A stretch of DNA of 64,000 nt, taken from assembly GCF_006345805.1 (NCBI RefSeq), contig NC_043001.1, forward strand, positions 85,932,001 through 85,996,000, read 5' to 3'. A program made the translations under genes and the position numbers. Numbering within the stretch: the stretch's first letter is position 1; each line of letters begins with the position of its first letter. Origin of the DNA: Octopus sinensis. Its lineage: Eukaryota. This document shows positions 26,884 through 40,381 of the stretch, one piece after another. Under the pieces are notes generated by a model. It worked only from the letters and a program-made list of their open reading frames with translations. It made no database searches and had not been told where the DNA came from.

Positions 26884-28167
26884 TTTGATTGTCCGGAAAG
26901 TTCTGAGGGTTTTTTAATATGCAAAAAGGGATATAAATAATTGACCTTTCAATAAATTCTGTTCAAGGAAATAATTTCCATTATCATTAATGACTTTTGC
27001 CCATCTATCAGGCAATCTAAATATTCCACCAGCATAAAATTTGACTAGTTTTGAAGAAAAAACGTCATCCAGATGCATTTTGACTCAATCTAAATCGTTA
27101 CATGATTTTCCTTGCAATGTCTTCTGTAGAGACAAAAACAAATGGTCGTCGGATGACGCAATATCACGAGAATATGGTGGATGGGTAAGAGATTACAGCC
27201 AAGTTCATGTAACTTTGTTCTGGTAGCCAAAGACACATGTGGGTCGGGCATTGTCTTGTTGGAACACTACCACTTTCCTCTTGACAATCTCCAACCTCAA
27301 TTGTTTGATATTTTGGTTCAAATTCGCCAGCTGACGACAGTACATAGAATTAATAGTCTGGTTTTGTAGAAGAAGCTCATAATAAATAATGCCTTCATGA
27401 TCCCACCAAACACAAAACAGCTTTTTTAGCATGGATATTCGTCTTTGGTTGCTGTTTCGATGGAACCTTATACAAACTCTAGGATAGTTTTCGCACTACG
27501 CTTTGGTACACAATCCATTTTTCATTTCCAGTCACGTGTTGTTTCAAAAAAAACATGCTTTCATTCCGTTTCAAAAGAATATCACAAACGGAATACCGGT
27601 CTAAGCAATTCTTTTCAGAGAATTTGTGAGGGACCCATACATTATAGCGGGAAATGCATCTTGACTTCATTAGGTATTCATGAGCCGTACTTTTAGAAAT
27701 TTCCAACTCATCTGCAAGTTCTCTAGCTGTGATATTTAAGTTAGTTTCGATTTTTCCCTTCGAAACACCTTCATACAATTTTGAAGATCTCCCACTGAGA
27801 CTGTCATCTGCGCAGCTAAGCTCTCCAGCTTTAAATTTTGCAAACCAACTTCGAACAATTGATTTACCTGCAGCAGCATCACCATAAACTTTACAAATGC
27901 TTTTGCAAATCTTTGCAGTCTTCTCCACCCTCTTATTTTTAAATGAAAAGCATTACATTGTGAATATGAAATTTTTGGTTATCAATTTCAAATATCAATA
28001 AAGGGTAACTGGAATGAAACATAAATCTATTTTTAGTCAGGAACAAAGAAGAGATGCACTTCCACTTCAAGCAATGCCAGAGTTTTAAATGTGATACATT
28101 TCAGATGTGTTCAATGAAGTGTTAAAAGATTTAGCTTAAAAACGGTCAGAACTTTCAGGACAGCCTA

Positions 28168-28168
<1 letters not shown>
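26884..28168 (-). mobile_element. Full-length but inactivated mariner (DD34D-type), 1285 bp
   Basis: TIRs TTTGATTGTCCGGAAAGTTCTG / CAGAACTTTCAGGACAGCCTAA. ORF pieces contain WVPHKF, VTGNEKW, LFCVWWD, QQDNARP and HPPYSRD. Frameshifted. Confidence 0.93.
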
Positions 28169-28229
<61 letters not shown>

Positions 28230-28291
28230 ATGAATGTATTCTAGTTTCCATCATTCATATTTTCATTTTCAGAAAAGTCTTACACACACAC

Positions 28292-28384
<93 letters not shown>

Positions 28385-28392
28385 TTTACAAG

Positions 28393-29175
28393 ATAAGGGC
28401 AAAAGAAAAATTCTAATGCCAAATATGCCGAAAAAAGACAAAACTTTTCAATAACCATTATAATTTATGCGTCTCGAAACAAACCGATAGAAATCTCTAA
28501 AAAATTTGTTATTACCGTATTGATCCAATTTCGGGGTTAATTAATAAATTTTCCCCTCTTCAGCGGCAAATACGCGAGATATAAGTGAAATACTTACTCA
28601 TACCCATGGAAAAAGCAAGCACCAAGTCCAGAGCAGACCTAAGTACCCCAAATATATCCAAAATAGAAAAATCTTCGGCACATCTCGAGACACGTGTGAT
28701 TCGAACTAGAAACTTTCACAGAATGGGAGAATCCGGAAGTGAAACACTATTCAATTTATAACTAATGTAGGATAAAAAATTTTCGGGAAAAATGGTTATA
28801 TATATACAAATGGTTATATATTATATAACCCCGGATTCTCTCATTCTGTGAAAGTTTCTAGTTCGAATCACACGTGTCTCGAGATGTGCCGAAGATTTTT
28901 CTATTTTGGATATATTTGGGGTACTTAGGTCTGCTCTGGACTTGGTGCTTGCTTTTTACATGGGTATGAGTAAGTATTTCACTTATATCTCGCGTATTTG
29001 CCGCTGAAGAGGGGAAAATTTATTAATTAACCCCAAATTTGGACCAATACGATAACAACGAATTTTTTAGAAATTTCTATCGGTTTGTTTCGAGACGCAT
29101 AAATTATAATGGTTATTGAAAAGCTTTGTCTTTTTTTCGGCATATTTGGCATTAGAATTTTTCTTTTGCCCTTAT
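28393..29175. mobile_element. Long palindrome (arms 28393-28736 and 28831-29175, ~345 bp, ~97% identical), likely inverted Penelope-like pLTRs
   Basis: About 11 differences counted between arms; 94-bp spacer; each arm carries a hammerhead motif. Confidence 0.85.
28512..28569 (-). ncRNA. Type I hammerhead ribozyme motif, intact core
   Basis: Minus strand: TTGCCG-CTGAAGA-GGGG(16 nt)CCCC-GAA-ATTG(GAT)CAAT-A-CGGTAA. AUA triplet; 6-bp stem I including one G-U. Confidence 0.75.
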
Positions 29176-29183
29176 ATATATAA

Positions 29184-29442
29184 AACAATTGCAGTGTGGA
29201 AGGTGTTTATAAGCCATTTAAGAAACACACAAAAACTGTTAGATTCACTTCAACACTTTAATTTATTTTGCAAAATATTTTCGTCGCTTTGAGATCGCGA
29301 CCTGTTCAGTGACAAAATTCTGTGCTGCATCTCAAAGCGACGAAAATATTTTGACAAATTTAATTTAAATGTTGAAGTGAATGTAACAGTTTTTGTGTGT
29401 TTTTTAAATGGCGTATAAAACACGTTCCACGCTGCAATTGTT
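29184..29442. repeat. Second palindrome (arms ~29184-29295 and ~29329-29442), Penelope-like, with a degenerate hammerhead-like motif
   Basis: Arms visible directly. Minus strand 29266-29317 reads TTTTGTCA-CTGAACA-G-GTCGC..GCGAC-GAA-AATATT-T-TGCAAAA. Confidence 0.75.
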
Positions 29443-30054
29443 ATCGTTCCAGCACACGACCTTAGATCAGGTCACTTGCTATGCAAGTAAATCTTATATA
29501 TATATATGTATATATACGTGTGTGTGTGTGTGTGTGTGTGTGTCTGTGTGTGTGGTCTTCTGCTCCTTTTCCATCAAATCGTGGTTACGATAGAAGACAT
29601 TTATCCACATGCTTGCAAGGCAAACTTCTCGCTATATCGTTCATTATAATAGGCATCATAAAATGATGTGTCACTTTACTACTGGAGTTGAAGACATCGT
29701 CTTACCTTGACCCTCAAATTTGCTTACTTTGTGCCTAAATAAGAAAGATTTTTTTTTAAATAAGTTGTTCTATGCCCATGCCTTTTTTGAGAAGGTAGTC
29801 ATGTGCCTAACTCATACCGTTCGGCCCCCAATCACGAGACATAACTCACACATTCCACCGTATCTCACACACGTCTTCTCTTCTTGGATGTTCTCGATCA
29901 AAACCGTATTTCATTCACTTCATATGGTGAAAAGATGAATCTATTTCAGAGAAAATACACGACAGATCATGAGTGTAATGGACGAGGATAGAAATCATAA
30001 GAAAGAAGATGTAATGAAATGTAATGAAAAGAGAAAGGAGACAGTGAGTGAGAA

Positions 30055-30087
<33 letters not shown>

Positions 30088-30123
30088 TAATGTAAGTGAA
30101 GGAAAGAAAGCAAGAAAGAAAGC

Positions 30124-30171
<48 letters not shown>

Positions 30172-30970
30172 AAAGAAAGAAAGAAAGAGATATTCAGAGT
30201 TTATTATTGTTTTGTAGAAGATGATACTGCCAGCATCAAGTTTTTATCGATATTTATTAACTCGTTGCCAGCGATTAATTAGTCATAATGAATTATGACT
30301 AGTAAACATATATGTACGAGCCAAAAAGATGGCCTCCGGGACAACTTTTAGTCTAGTTCCTACAGAGGGTTGTTGGCTCTTCGACCTAAAGTAAGGTCGT
30401 AAATCTGAAAAACCTATAAAAAGAGGAGATAACATCAGTAATTCTTTATTAGTGTAAATAAAATTTATACGTAAATATATCGAGTAAAAAGTTATCCGAT
30501 CTGAAGCCTTGTATGCACTGATTTTTAGTGCTTTGTGCAGTCTAAAATTTCACAAGATCATTTCATATTTAAAGGAGATCTTTTCTCAAACACTTTCTGG
30601 AATCCATTGAGTTATGTTGTTCTGGCTTTTGATATATTTTTGTTATTCCTACATATTTACTTTTTTTATAAGTGGGGAGATGTATTCTTTCTCCTCGCCT
30701 CCCATCTTGTTTGTTGCCTTTCTACATTCATAGCAAATGCAGATTATAAACGTAATTTCAATGAAAATAAAAATAGCCTTTACCAAACTTGAATACGGAT
30801 TTGTCTTTCGAAAACTGTTTGAAAGGAAAATAAGAAGGATCATTATATAAAAGAACTTTTTTTCTTCTTGAAGAATGGAGTCAAAATGAGGGAACTGTAA
30901 AAGCTAAAGCAGCTCAACAAACATTAATTATTTTCAATGTTTGTCATCGAATTTCTAAATTGGTTACTTT

Positions 30971-31562
<592 letters not shown>

Positions 31563-32394
31563 AATTTTCCAGTTTTACGTTGAGTTTAAAACCTGCCATG
31601 ACCTACATAGGTAGTGATTAAATTTAATCTGGCAACTAATTTGAAAGAACCACCTGGCACTCTGTTAGCCTTTAACAGAATTCACTCTGCTGCTATATTC
31701 GAGTGTGATCTTTGGGTTGATAATACTTCTCTCGTTCTGTTCAGTCGCGGAGGCATTTCGAAGGTTCATGGTCAATATGTTTCCTTCTGACAAAAACATC
31801 TTTAAACATATTAAAACGACTTCGTAAAATATTAGAGTGTTTTCTCCTGAAAAAACGATTTAAAAATATATAAAAGAGAACTTGATATGTACCACTCAGT
31901 TGTCACTACAATGTCTAGCACGGTTCTGCATGACGAGTAATGTTATGGCATCTATACAGGCAAGCTACCTATTTTATTATTATTAAGAGACTACGTTTTG
32001 ATTATCAACAAATGAAAGCTTACAGAGGCTGCAGTGTAAATCAACAGATTGGACAAAAGCAAATGCCTCTTGTCATCTCCCCCATCCAAAACGTATAGAA
32101 TTACCGATTGATTTATTGTACACCTATTTGTAATTCAATCTCCAGTGGGGTTATACATAGCGATGCATATACATAAAACAGGTCACTATAGCGACTCGTC
32201 AAAGAATTTACGGTTTGTTCTGCGGATCCCCGCCCCAAAAAACATTGATATTTAACATCACCATTAGATCAGAGACATTTAGACATTTAACGTAAAAAAA
32301 GAAAAAAAGAACGAAGAACTGTTGCTGTTACTGTTGTTGTTATTGCTGCTGTTGTTTATACCAGGGCAATCTCTAATCGAACAGATTTTGTGAC

Positions 32395-32882
32395 CCCTTT
32401 CGGTCATGAATGACCATGGGATTGCACATAGAAAGTTACCCTCCGAGACACAAGTCTGGGCAAGGTTGTTTATGGAAGACCAGCAGTCGCCCACACATAC
32501 CAGCCTCCCCTCTCCACGTCACCAATGTTATCCAAGGGAAAGGCCGATATAGCTTGGCACCAGTGATGTCGTAGCTCATTTATTAACGTGCAAGTGGCCG
32601 AGTATTTCACAGACACGTGTACCCTTAACTTAGTTCTCGGGGAGAATCAGCAAGACACAGTGTGACAAGGAAATACACGTACAACGGAAGCAGGAAAAAA
32701 GAGTGAGAGAAAGGTATGGTGAAAGAGAACAGCAGGGTTCACCACCATCACCTGCCGGAGCCTCGTGGAGCTTTAGGTGTTTTTGCTCAATAAACACTCA
32801 CAATGCCCGGTCTGGGAATTGAAACCGCGATCCTACGACCGCGAGTCCGCTGCCCTAACCACTGGGCCATTGCGCCTCCACA
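32395..32882 (-). mobile_element. Cluster of SINE fragments: family C (~32395-32580), D (~32585-32670), E (~32670-32882)
   Basis: Matches to 4020-4325, 19955-20150 and 17188-17500 respectively. Confidence 0.8.
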
Positions 32883-34544
32883 ATCGAATAGACTTATGAT
32901 CAAATATATTACAACGGTGATCATTCCATTTTATTTTGTATCTACAGCTACATGTTCCAATTGCCCTTCCATTCAAGAAAACGTTATGTGATTTGAGGAT
33001 AATCTGGTTCCTATATCTAACAAGCCAAGTAACCAAATGCAGGTTTCTTAGTTGTTATATATATATATGACAAAACAACACTTTCCTCCAGTACACCAGC
33101 CTTAACAAATATATAATGATTGTTTGCAAAGCTGTGATTGCTTGAAGGCCAACACTTTAGAGCTGAACATAATAGGTTGAATCGTCTACTAGAATATTAC
33201 TGTTACTTATTTTATCGTCCCCAGATAAAATCTATTTTTTTCTGCATTGCATTTTTACCGTTTCTTCCCCCTCCCCCGCATTTTACGAGCATAAAGTAAT
33301 AAATATAGCACAAAATGACTGACTGAATGGAGGTACTTAAATCGATACGTGACTTAATCGATATGTGACTTGATCAATAAGAGATCAGCTCTTTAACTGG
33401 TACGAAATAAATCAATATGCTATGAAACTGTTAATATCAATCATTCTACTAAATGCCGGACTAAATACATTGAATTTGCTTGTGACGTCCATTTATAATG
33501 TGAGTTCGATTCCCATTGGGGTCGAATAGCCCTTTCATCAATCTGGCATTGATAAATGTAAGTATTGTACACGTCTGGAAACATCATTTAATAATCAATC
33601 ATCCACCTATTAATATTGAACTGAATATATACGTATATTTCGATTATATAAAAGGAGTTCAATTCCCACTGAGGTCAACTTTGCCTTATTGAGACATCGA
33701 TCTCATCTCATATCTTTCTTCCTTCCATTTTCTTTCTTTGTCAGATTGGAGATTTTCGTACTCCTTCATAACTAACGTAAATGCTGAATTCGTTACTATC
33801 CTTTACTATCTGCACTTTCTATTATTCATAACTACCCAAATCCCTGACAAACACACTGGTAAGTCAAAAACTATGATCTTTTACTCAGCTACCAGTATCT
33901 CTGTGCCAATCCCATCTTCAGACAATTACTAACCGAAATAACACACCTCACATTTTCATACCGCAATAATGCATTCTACACACAATTCTGTTGCTTTATA
34001 TCTAATGACCAGCTGAAATTTTACGATTTTTATGACAAGAAATGTATTGTTATCCGATTCATTTCTGAACAATAAATGTTTTATGGATCCGTTTCCCAAA
34101 CATTTTTGCACAGACAAAGCCAATAACAACAAAACCAACAAGCTTTTTAGCTTCAGCAGTAGAAGTAAAGAAAGCCAACAACAACCGAAGTAAATTCGCC
34201 ATCACTTCAACGCATATCAGAAGATAAGGGTAATAAACATTCCTGTATCAAATAATCTACACTCTGCCTTACCTCTTCAATTGCTGTAGAGCTATATGAT
34301 CCTGCACCAAAGAAGAACGATGAGTCGAAAAAGAAGTTCTTTTTATATTACTCGGTAGGCAACCAGGGTTTCTGAGTGTGCGAAAAAGAATGGAGTATGT
34401 GAAATGCGGACTACATATTGTTTCCTAGCCAGCGGAACCTCAGAAGTGGTAAAATCCAAGTGAGATGTATAACAGGGCTATTCTTCAGGCCAAGGGTATT
34501 TTGATTAGATTAAAGGCCACATTGTCGCAAAGAGGTACATGTTT

Positions 34545-34744
34545 ACTTGTTTCAATCATTTGACTGGTACCATGCTAGAGTACCGCCCTTAGTCGAGCAA
34601 ATCAATCCCATGACTTATTCTTTGTAAGCCTAGGACGTATTCTATCGGTCTCTTTTGCCGAACCGCTAAGTTACGGGGACGTAAATACACCAGCATCGGT
34701 TGTCAAGCGATGTTGAGGGGACAAACACAGACACACGAACACAT

Positions 34745-34789
<45 letters not shown>

Positions 34790-34948
34790 ACGAGCTTCTT
34801 TCAGTTTCCGTTTACCAAATCCTCTCACAAGGCTTTGCTCGACCCGAGACTATAGTTGAAGGCACTTGTCCAAGGTGCCAAGCAGTGGGACTGAACCCGG
34901 AACCATGTGGTTCGTAAGCAAGCTACTTACCACACAGCCACTCCTATA
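34545..34948 (-). mobile_element. SINE family A, full length
   Basis: Collinear with other full copies. Confidence 0.93.
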
Positions 34949-36197
34949 CCTATTTTCTTTGAGTGGCTAGTCACAATTTAAGACCAAAAGGCACATGTAC
35001 AAACGTCACTTCAGTGACTAAGGGTGCAAGTTAGCGATAGCATTGCTAGAAATAAGAGTCAAAACAACTTTTAGCCACGGGCAAAGCACTTATGTATTGA
35101 CTGGCAAGGGAGACATCGTCTCTCTAGAACAAGCGAAAGAGTCAGATCATCGAATTAATCCTCATCAGTGACACTGAACTTACCTTGTCAGTTTATAGAA
35201 AATAACATAGGAATCAGTAGCTAATTCAGTAAAATGGTAAAGTTAAAATTATGTGTGTGTTGTGTGTGTCTGTCTGTCTGTAGGAAGAATGCGTGAGGTG
35301 GCAGAATCGTTTGCACACCGAGCAGATTTTGTGCTCAGAATGTTAAGACGGACAAAATGTAAAGTATTTAATCCGGCGTTCTAACGATTCTGCCAGCTTA
35401 CCACCTCAGAAACAACAAAAATATATATATTTTTTAAATCAACAACTACATTTAGAAGACATAAAATATGAAAAGCATCAAGAACAAGAACAATAAAAAT
35501 TTCAATTTTTGCAAATCTTCTGTTGAAGTACCATTTATTGTATTTTATTTTCCTTTATTTTATCAGTTTAAACGTACATACGAAGCTGCTAAGGAAGGTA
35601 TATAATAAACCCTACACATAAAAATGAATTAAAATGAAGGAAAAAACACAGAGACAAGAAAGAAGAGAAAAGAAAGAAAGAAAGAAACTGATAATGAACA
35701 GTTAAACGTTTGTGTTAAATCTTTTGTGAAGCCTCCATGAATTGAAAGATTTTATTTATGGTCGGTGGATCCTTGAAAATAAATTGCATCTCCCAGCTTG
35801 GTAGCCATTTTAAAACCATCAACTTTACAATATTTTAACAACAGAATATAGCGAGAAAGAACAATAAAAATGATATCCGTCTTGTGTCAACTATCAATTG
35901 TTTTGGTTTAATGAGAAACAGAAGGTAATAAAATGCAAATATAAATAGTACAGACTTTGTTTCCTGGTCTAGTCTTTGATTCTTTCATGTTGAATGGTTA
36001 CATTCAAAGCAAATTTTTGAATTTTTCATTTGCTTGTTTAAAGACAAAATACTAACTAACTTGTGCTTTACGTTACAGTTAATAGTCTGCAACTTATCTT
36101 TTCACCTGCATAATTACAAAATATTCTATTATATGTTTCATGCATGCATCTCAAACATAAATGCTTTAACACTGATACATACAATGTGTATATCTGT

Positions 36198-36283
<86 letters not shown>

Positions 36284-36284
36284 T

Positions 36285-36697
36285 CTTTTACTCTTTTCAT
36301 TGTTTCAGTTATGCGACTGGTGGAGCACCGCCTTTAGTCGAGCAAATCGACCCCAGGACTTATTATTTGTAAGCCTAGTATTTATTCTAGCGGTCTCTTT
36401 TGCCGAACCGCTAAGTTACGGGGACGTAAGCACACCAGCATCGGTTGTCAAGCGATGTTGGGGGGACAGACACAGACACACAAACATATTCACACACATA
36501 TATATATATATATATACATGCATGCATATATACGATGGGCTTCTTTCAGTTTCCGTCTACCAAATTCACTCATGAGGCTTTGGTCGGCCCGATGCTATAG
36601 TAGAAGACACTTGCCCAAGGTGCCACGCAGTGGGGCTGAACCCGGAACCATGTAGTCCGTAAGCAAGCTACTTAACACACAGCCACTTCTACGCCTG
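36285..36697 (-). mobile_element. SINE family A, full length
   Basis: Collinear with other full copies. Confidence 0.93.
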
Positions 36698-36774
36698 TAT
36701 ATATATATATTTATAATATATATATATATATATGTATATATCTTTGCATGTGTGCATGTGTGTGTGTACAAATA

Positions 36775-37058
36775 AAGTGGAACCTCGGTTTACGAACAAT
36801 TTTTCGAACATAAAATGTATCGGGTGACGAACGGTGTCTCGAGTAACGAACAGACAAGCCGGCAATAACAGTTAGCGACAAGCAGGAGTATCAGCGGGAG
36901 ACCCAGCTGTTGTCTAGCTTTCACTCAGTGCACATCCCTATCCGAATCGTTATGCCTTATCGTGAATTTTCTAGAAAAATAGTTTCGGTTTACAAACATT
37001 TCGAGTGACAAAGAGCCTTCAGGAACGAATTAAACTCGTGAATGGAATTTCCACTGCA
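36775..37058. mobile_element. pogo/Tigger-type MITE, degenerate TIRs
   Basis: AGTGGAACCTCGGTTTACGAAC / CTCGTGAATGGAATTTCCACTG. Confidence 0.6.
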
Positions 37059-37113
37059 TATATTATATACGTACTTAAATATGCGTATACACATATACAC
37101 GTGTGTGTGTGTA

Positions 37114-37147
<34 letters not shown>

Positions 37148-37321
37148 TAAATTACAAAATGGAAACAAATTAAAAGCACACAAAACCATATTAATTTTCC
37201 ATTATCACTTTTTGTTTGTTTCTTGAGAGTCTAGTAACTTTTCTCAATTGATAAATCCGAGTGTCCTATTCAGGACTGCGTAATTTCTGTAGAGTAAGTA
37301 ATAGTGTTCATAATAATCAGA

Positions 37322-37446
37322 AGAACGAAGATTTTTCACAACCATAATTTTATTTAACAGTTATTTAAAGCATCCTTTTCTGGACCGGAAACGGATGCAG
37401 TAAATAACTGTTAAATAAAATTGTGTGTGTGAAAAATCTCCGTTCT
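37322..37446. repeat. 125-nt foldback hairpin (59-bp stem, 52/59 complementary, 7-nt loop)
   Basis: Arms compared base by base. Confidence 0.9.
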
Positions 37447-37492
37447 CATTATCAATAATATCACACACACACATATATATATTCATATACAT

Positions 37493-37592
<100 letters not shown>

Positions 37593-38132
37593 TAATATCC
37601 AACGCAAGCAAGTACACTGGCTTTGTTACATGCTTTAAGAAGGCGAATGTCTCTCAGCTACCTTAAAATTATCACAATAAATACCCACCGAATTCGGGCA
37701 AATAAACGAAAAAGATTCATGAAAAGGTTTAATTACATATCAAATGATTTCAGGACTAAAAGGAAACCCCCTTTTTCTCCACCATCAGTGTAATACAACC
37801 CAGTGCACACAAAGACGAACAATCATACATATCCCACGAATATAACGGCTTCACAGCGTAAATACAGCTGTTCGTACTTATATAGAAATTTAAAATCATA
37901 GATCAGTTTCGTTTACTTTCGACCAAGTGTAAATAACCAAATAATTCAGCAGTGAATAATTTTCGTTTATGTGAAATTATATAAATGTTTAATATATTCT
38001 AAAATTCAGAATAAAATCTATAAGGGGTTTTATAAGGTAGTTAGCATATAATAAACTGGTTAAGATAAATCAAATTAATATTCAGCAAAATTTCTAAATT
38101 AGTATTCAGTAAAATTAATATAAACAAAACTT

Positions 38133-38502
38133 TAGGTGTTTCCTAACACCCAAGTTACATTTAGTGACATTTGTAAAATCTCCTTCTTGGTGAAACATTG
38201 CAAACTGCTCTTTATATTAATGTTATATATACACTTCAACGAATCGCTAAATAATACAATTATTTGGGTGACGAAAACATAAGTACTACTGGTGAAGCGA
38301 GTCCGGCAAGAGCTGAACCATCAAGCGGTCTTAACTGATGAAGCAAAGGAAATTGCTGAAACTGACGCGTCAGTATTAATTATTCTTGATCGGCTCAGTC
38401 AGATGATTATGGTCCCTGTTATTGTATGTGTCTTTATTCATGTACCTTAACTACAGCATTCTAGCAATGTAGGTGTTTCCCAACACCCTAGTCACATTTA
38501 GT
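38133..38502 (+). mobile_element. 337-bp unit bounded by 33-bp direct repeats and containing a hammerhead (retrozyme / Penelope pLTR-like)
   Basis: TAGGTGTTTCCTAACACCCAAGTTACATTTAGT (38133-38165) vs TAGGTGTTTCCCAACACCCTAGTCACATTTAGT (38470-38502), 30/33. Confidence 0.6.
38313..38398 (+). ncRNA. Type I hammerhead ribozyme with extended, bulged stem I
   Basis: ATCAAG-CGGTC-TTAA-CTGATGA-AGCAA(AGGAAA)TTGCT-GAA-ACTGAC(GC)GTCAGT-A-TTAA-TTATT-CTTGAT. GUA triplet; predicted cleavage after 38375. Confidence 0.85.
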
Positions 38503-38618
38503 TATATACGTGCGTATGTGAGTGTGTGTGTCTATATATGTATATATATATGTGTGTGTGCGTGTGTGTATGTGTGTGTGTGTATGTGTGCGTGTGTGTC
38601 TATGTGTGTGTGTGTATA

Positions 38619-39488
38619 CAGGGTGTGATAGATAAATCTTCGCCATGTCATATTTTTAATATCGGGAATGCACATTTTTGTTTTTGATTTTGTCGAATAC
38701 ATAGTATATTAGGGACAGTTGGGAACCGTTTATGACAAAAACAGCGCAATGATGCAATTCGGTCAGCCGGAAATTTGGAACCGACATGCTGTACAGCTTG
38801 GCATTATCGCCGGAAGCTCCAATATGAACATTTCAGAGAGTATGGGTGTCAATCTAAGACAGTGATTCGGAAAGAGCTGAATGAGTCTAATGGTGTTTAC
38901 GAAGGCGTTTGGATTGATCACTGGTGGTGGCGACATTATGCCTCTATTCCTCTTTCATACAGCCTCAGACTCAACACGGAGGCCTACATCAAGAGCCTGG
39001 AGGAGGTATTGCTACCCTGTGTCAAGTGGGTGGCTGCTGGAAGACACTGCATCTGGCTACAGGAATCTGCACCACGCCACACAAGCAGGAAAGCCCAGTC
39101 ATGGCTGTCAAACAATTCCTGAGACCAGGTCACCCCTAACATCTGGCCATTCAACTCCCCAGACTGAAACTCCCTTGATTATTATGTGTGGGGCGCAGTT
39201 GAGCGAAAGACCAACAAAACTCCTTGTAGCACCGAAGATGAACTGAAGGCAAGAATTATGAAAGCATTCACCAACATTAACAATGAGACCGTCCAGAGGT
39301 GTTGCAAGAGATTTCGGAGTCTTCTGGAGGCCGTGGTTGAAGCCAATGGCAATTTTATTGAATATATTTATTTTTCAATATTTCAAGATATTTTTATGTA
39401 ATCTTAGAAAATATATCTGTTAAAATGAAACGTCATTGTTATTTTCATTATGCGTAATTCAGACAATTTATTCACCGCGGCCTGTCTG
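38619..39488 (+). mobile_element. Internally deleted maT (DD37D) Tc1/mariner element
   Basis: TA-CAGG..CTG-TA ends with imperfect TIRs. RLNTEAYIKSLEEV, WLQESAPRH, WPFNSPD*NSLDYYVWGAVE; 37-residue spacing counted. The middle of the ORF is missing. Confidence 0.85.
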
Positions 39489-39589
39489 TATATATGTGTG
39501 TGAATTTGTGTGTGAATGCATGTGTGTGTGTACGCGTGTGTGTGTGTGTGTATGTATGTATATACGTATGTATGCGTTTCTCTTAAACA

Positions 39590-39733
39590 GGCGCAGGCGT
39601 GGCTATGTGGTAAGACGCTTGCTTTCCAACCACATGGTTCCGGGTGCAGTTCCACTCCGTGACACCTTTTAGTTACTCTGTCAACCAAAGCCTTGTGAGT
39701 GAATTTGGTTGACAGTAAGTGGAAAAGCCCGTC

Positions 39734-39792
<59 letters not shown>

Positions 39793-40048
39793 CTTACATA
39801 CATACATACATATGTTTATATATTTGTGTGTGTACCTTTGTGTCTGTGTTTGTCCCCCCCCCCCACCATCGCTCGACAAACAATGTTGGTATGTTTATGT
39901 GCTCGAAACCTTGCGGTTCGTCAAAAGAGGTCGATAGAATAAGTACTAGGTTTACAAACGTTAAATCCTGGGGTCGATTTGCTCGACTAAAGTCGGTACC
40001 CCTGCATGGCCGCAGTCAAATGACTGAAACGGGTAAAAGAGTAAAAGT
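39590..40048 (+). mobile_element. SINE family A, full length
   Basis: Head GGCGCAGGCGTGGCTATGTGGTAAG to tail AAAAGAGTAAAAG. Confidence 0.92.
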
Positions 40049-40381
40049 GTAAACAAGAATACTATTGACAGTAACTGCGAAGTTTTGGCCAGCTAAGTAA
40101 TTGTATGACAAAAACAATATATAAGTTATAGATTACAGCGGTTATTCATAGGAACGATAAGGAAGAAGAGAACTGGGAACACAAAATCACAAAAAGAATG
40201 ACCCAGGTTCAAATCCCGCTGAAGTCAGGATTTGGGAAAGCAGCAGGAGGACACCTAGGTGTTCTAACGAGGGTGTGCCCGGCTACCCTAGAGTGTCGAG
40301 AATAAGGACCGAAGCATATGGGTGGGAGTTCTCTGAAGATTTCTCCTGCTGTGCATTCATATATTATTATTATCATCATCA

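Noticed and set aside
28998-29055. Plus-strand hammerhead copy in the right palindrome arm
   Set aside because: G12 is replaced (CCCCAAAT) and stem I is mismatched; predicted inactive.
33745-33858. Possible exon (TTTGTCAG acceptor, GTAAGT donor, one open frame)
   Set aside because: No recognisable protein similarity or partner exons; such signals occur by chance in AT-rich DNA.
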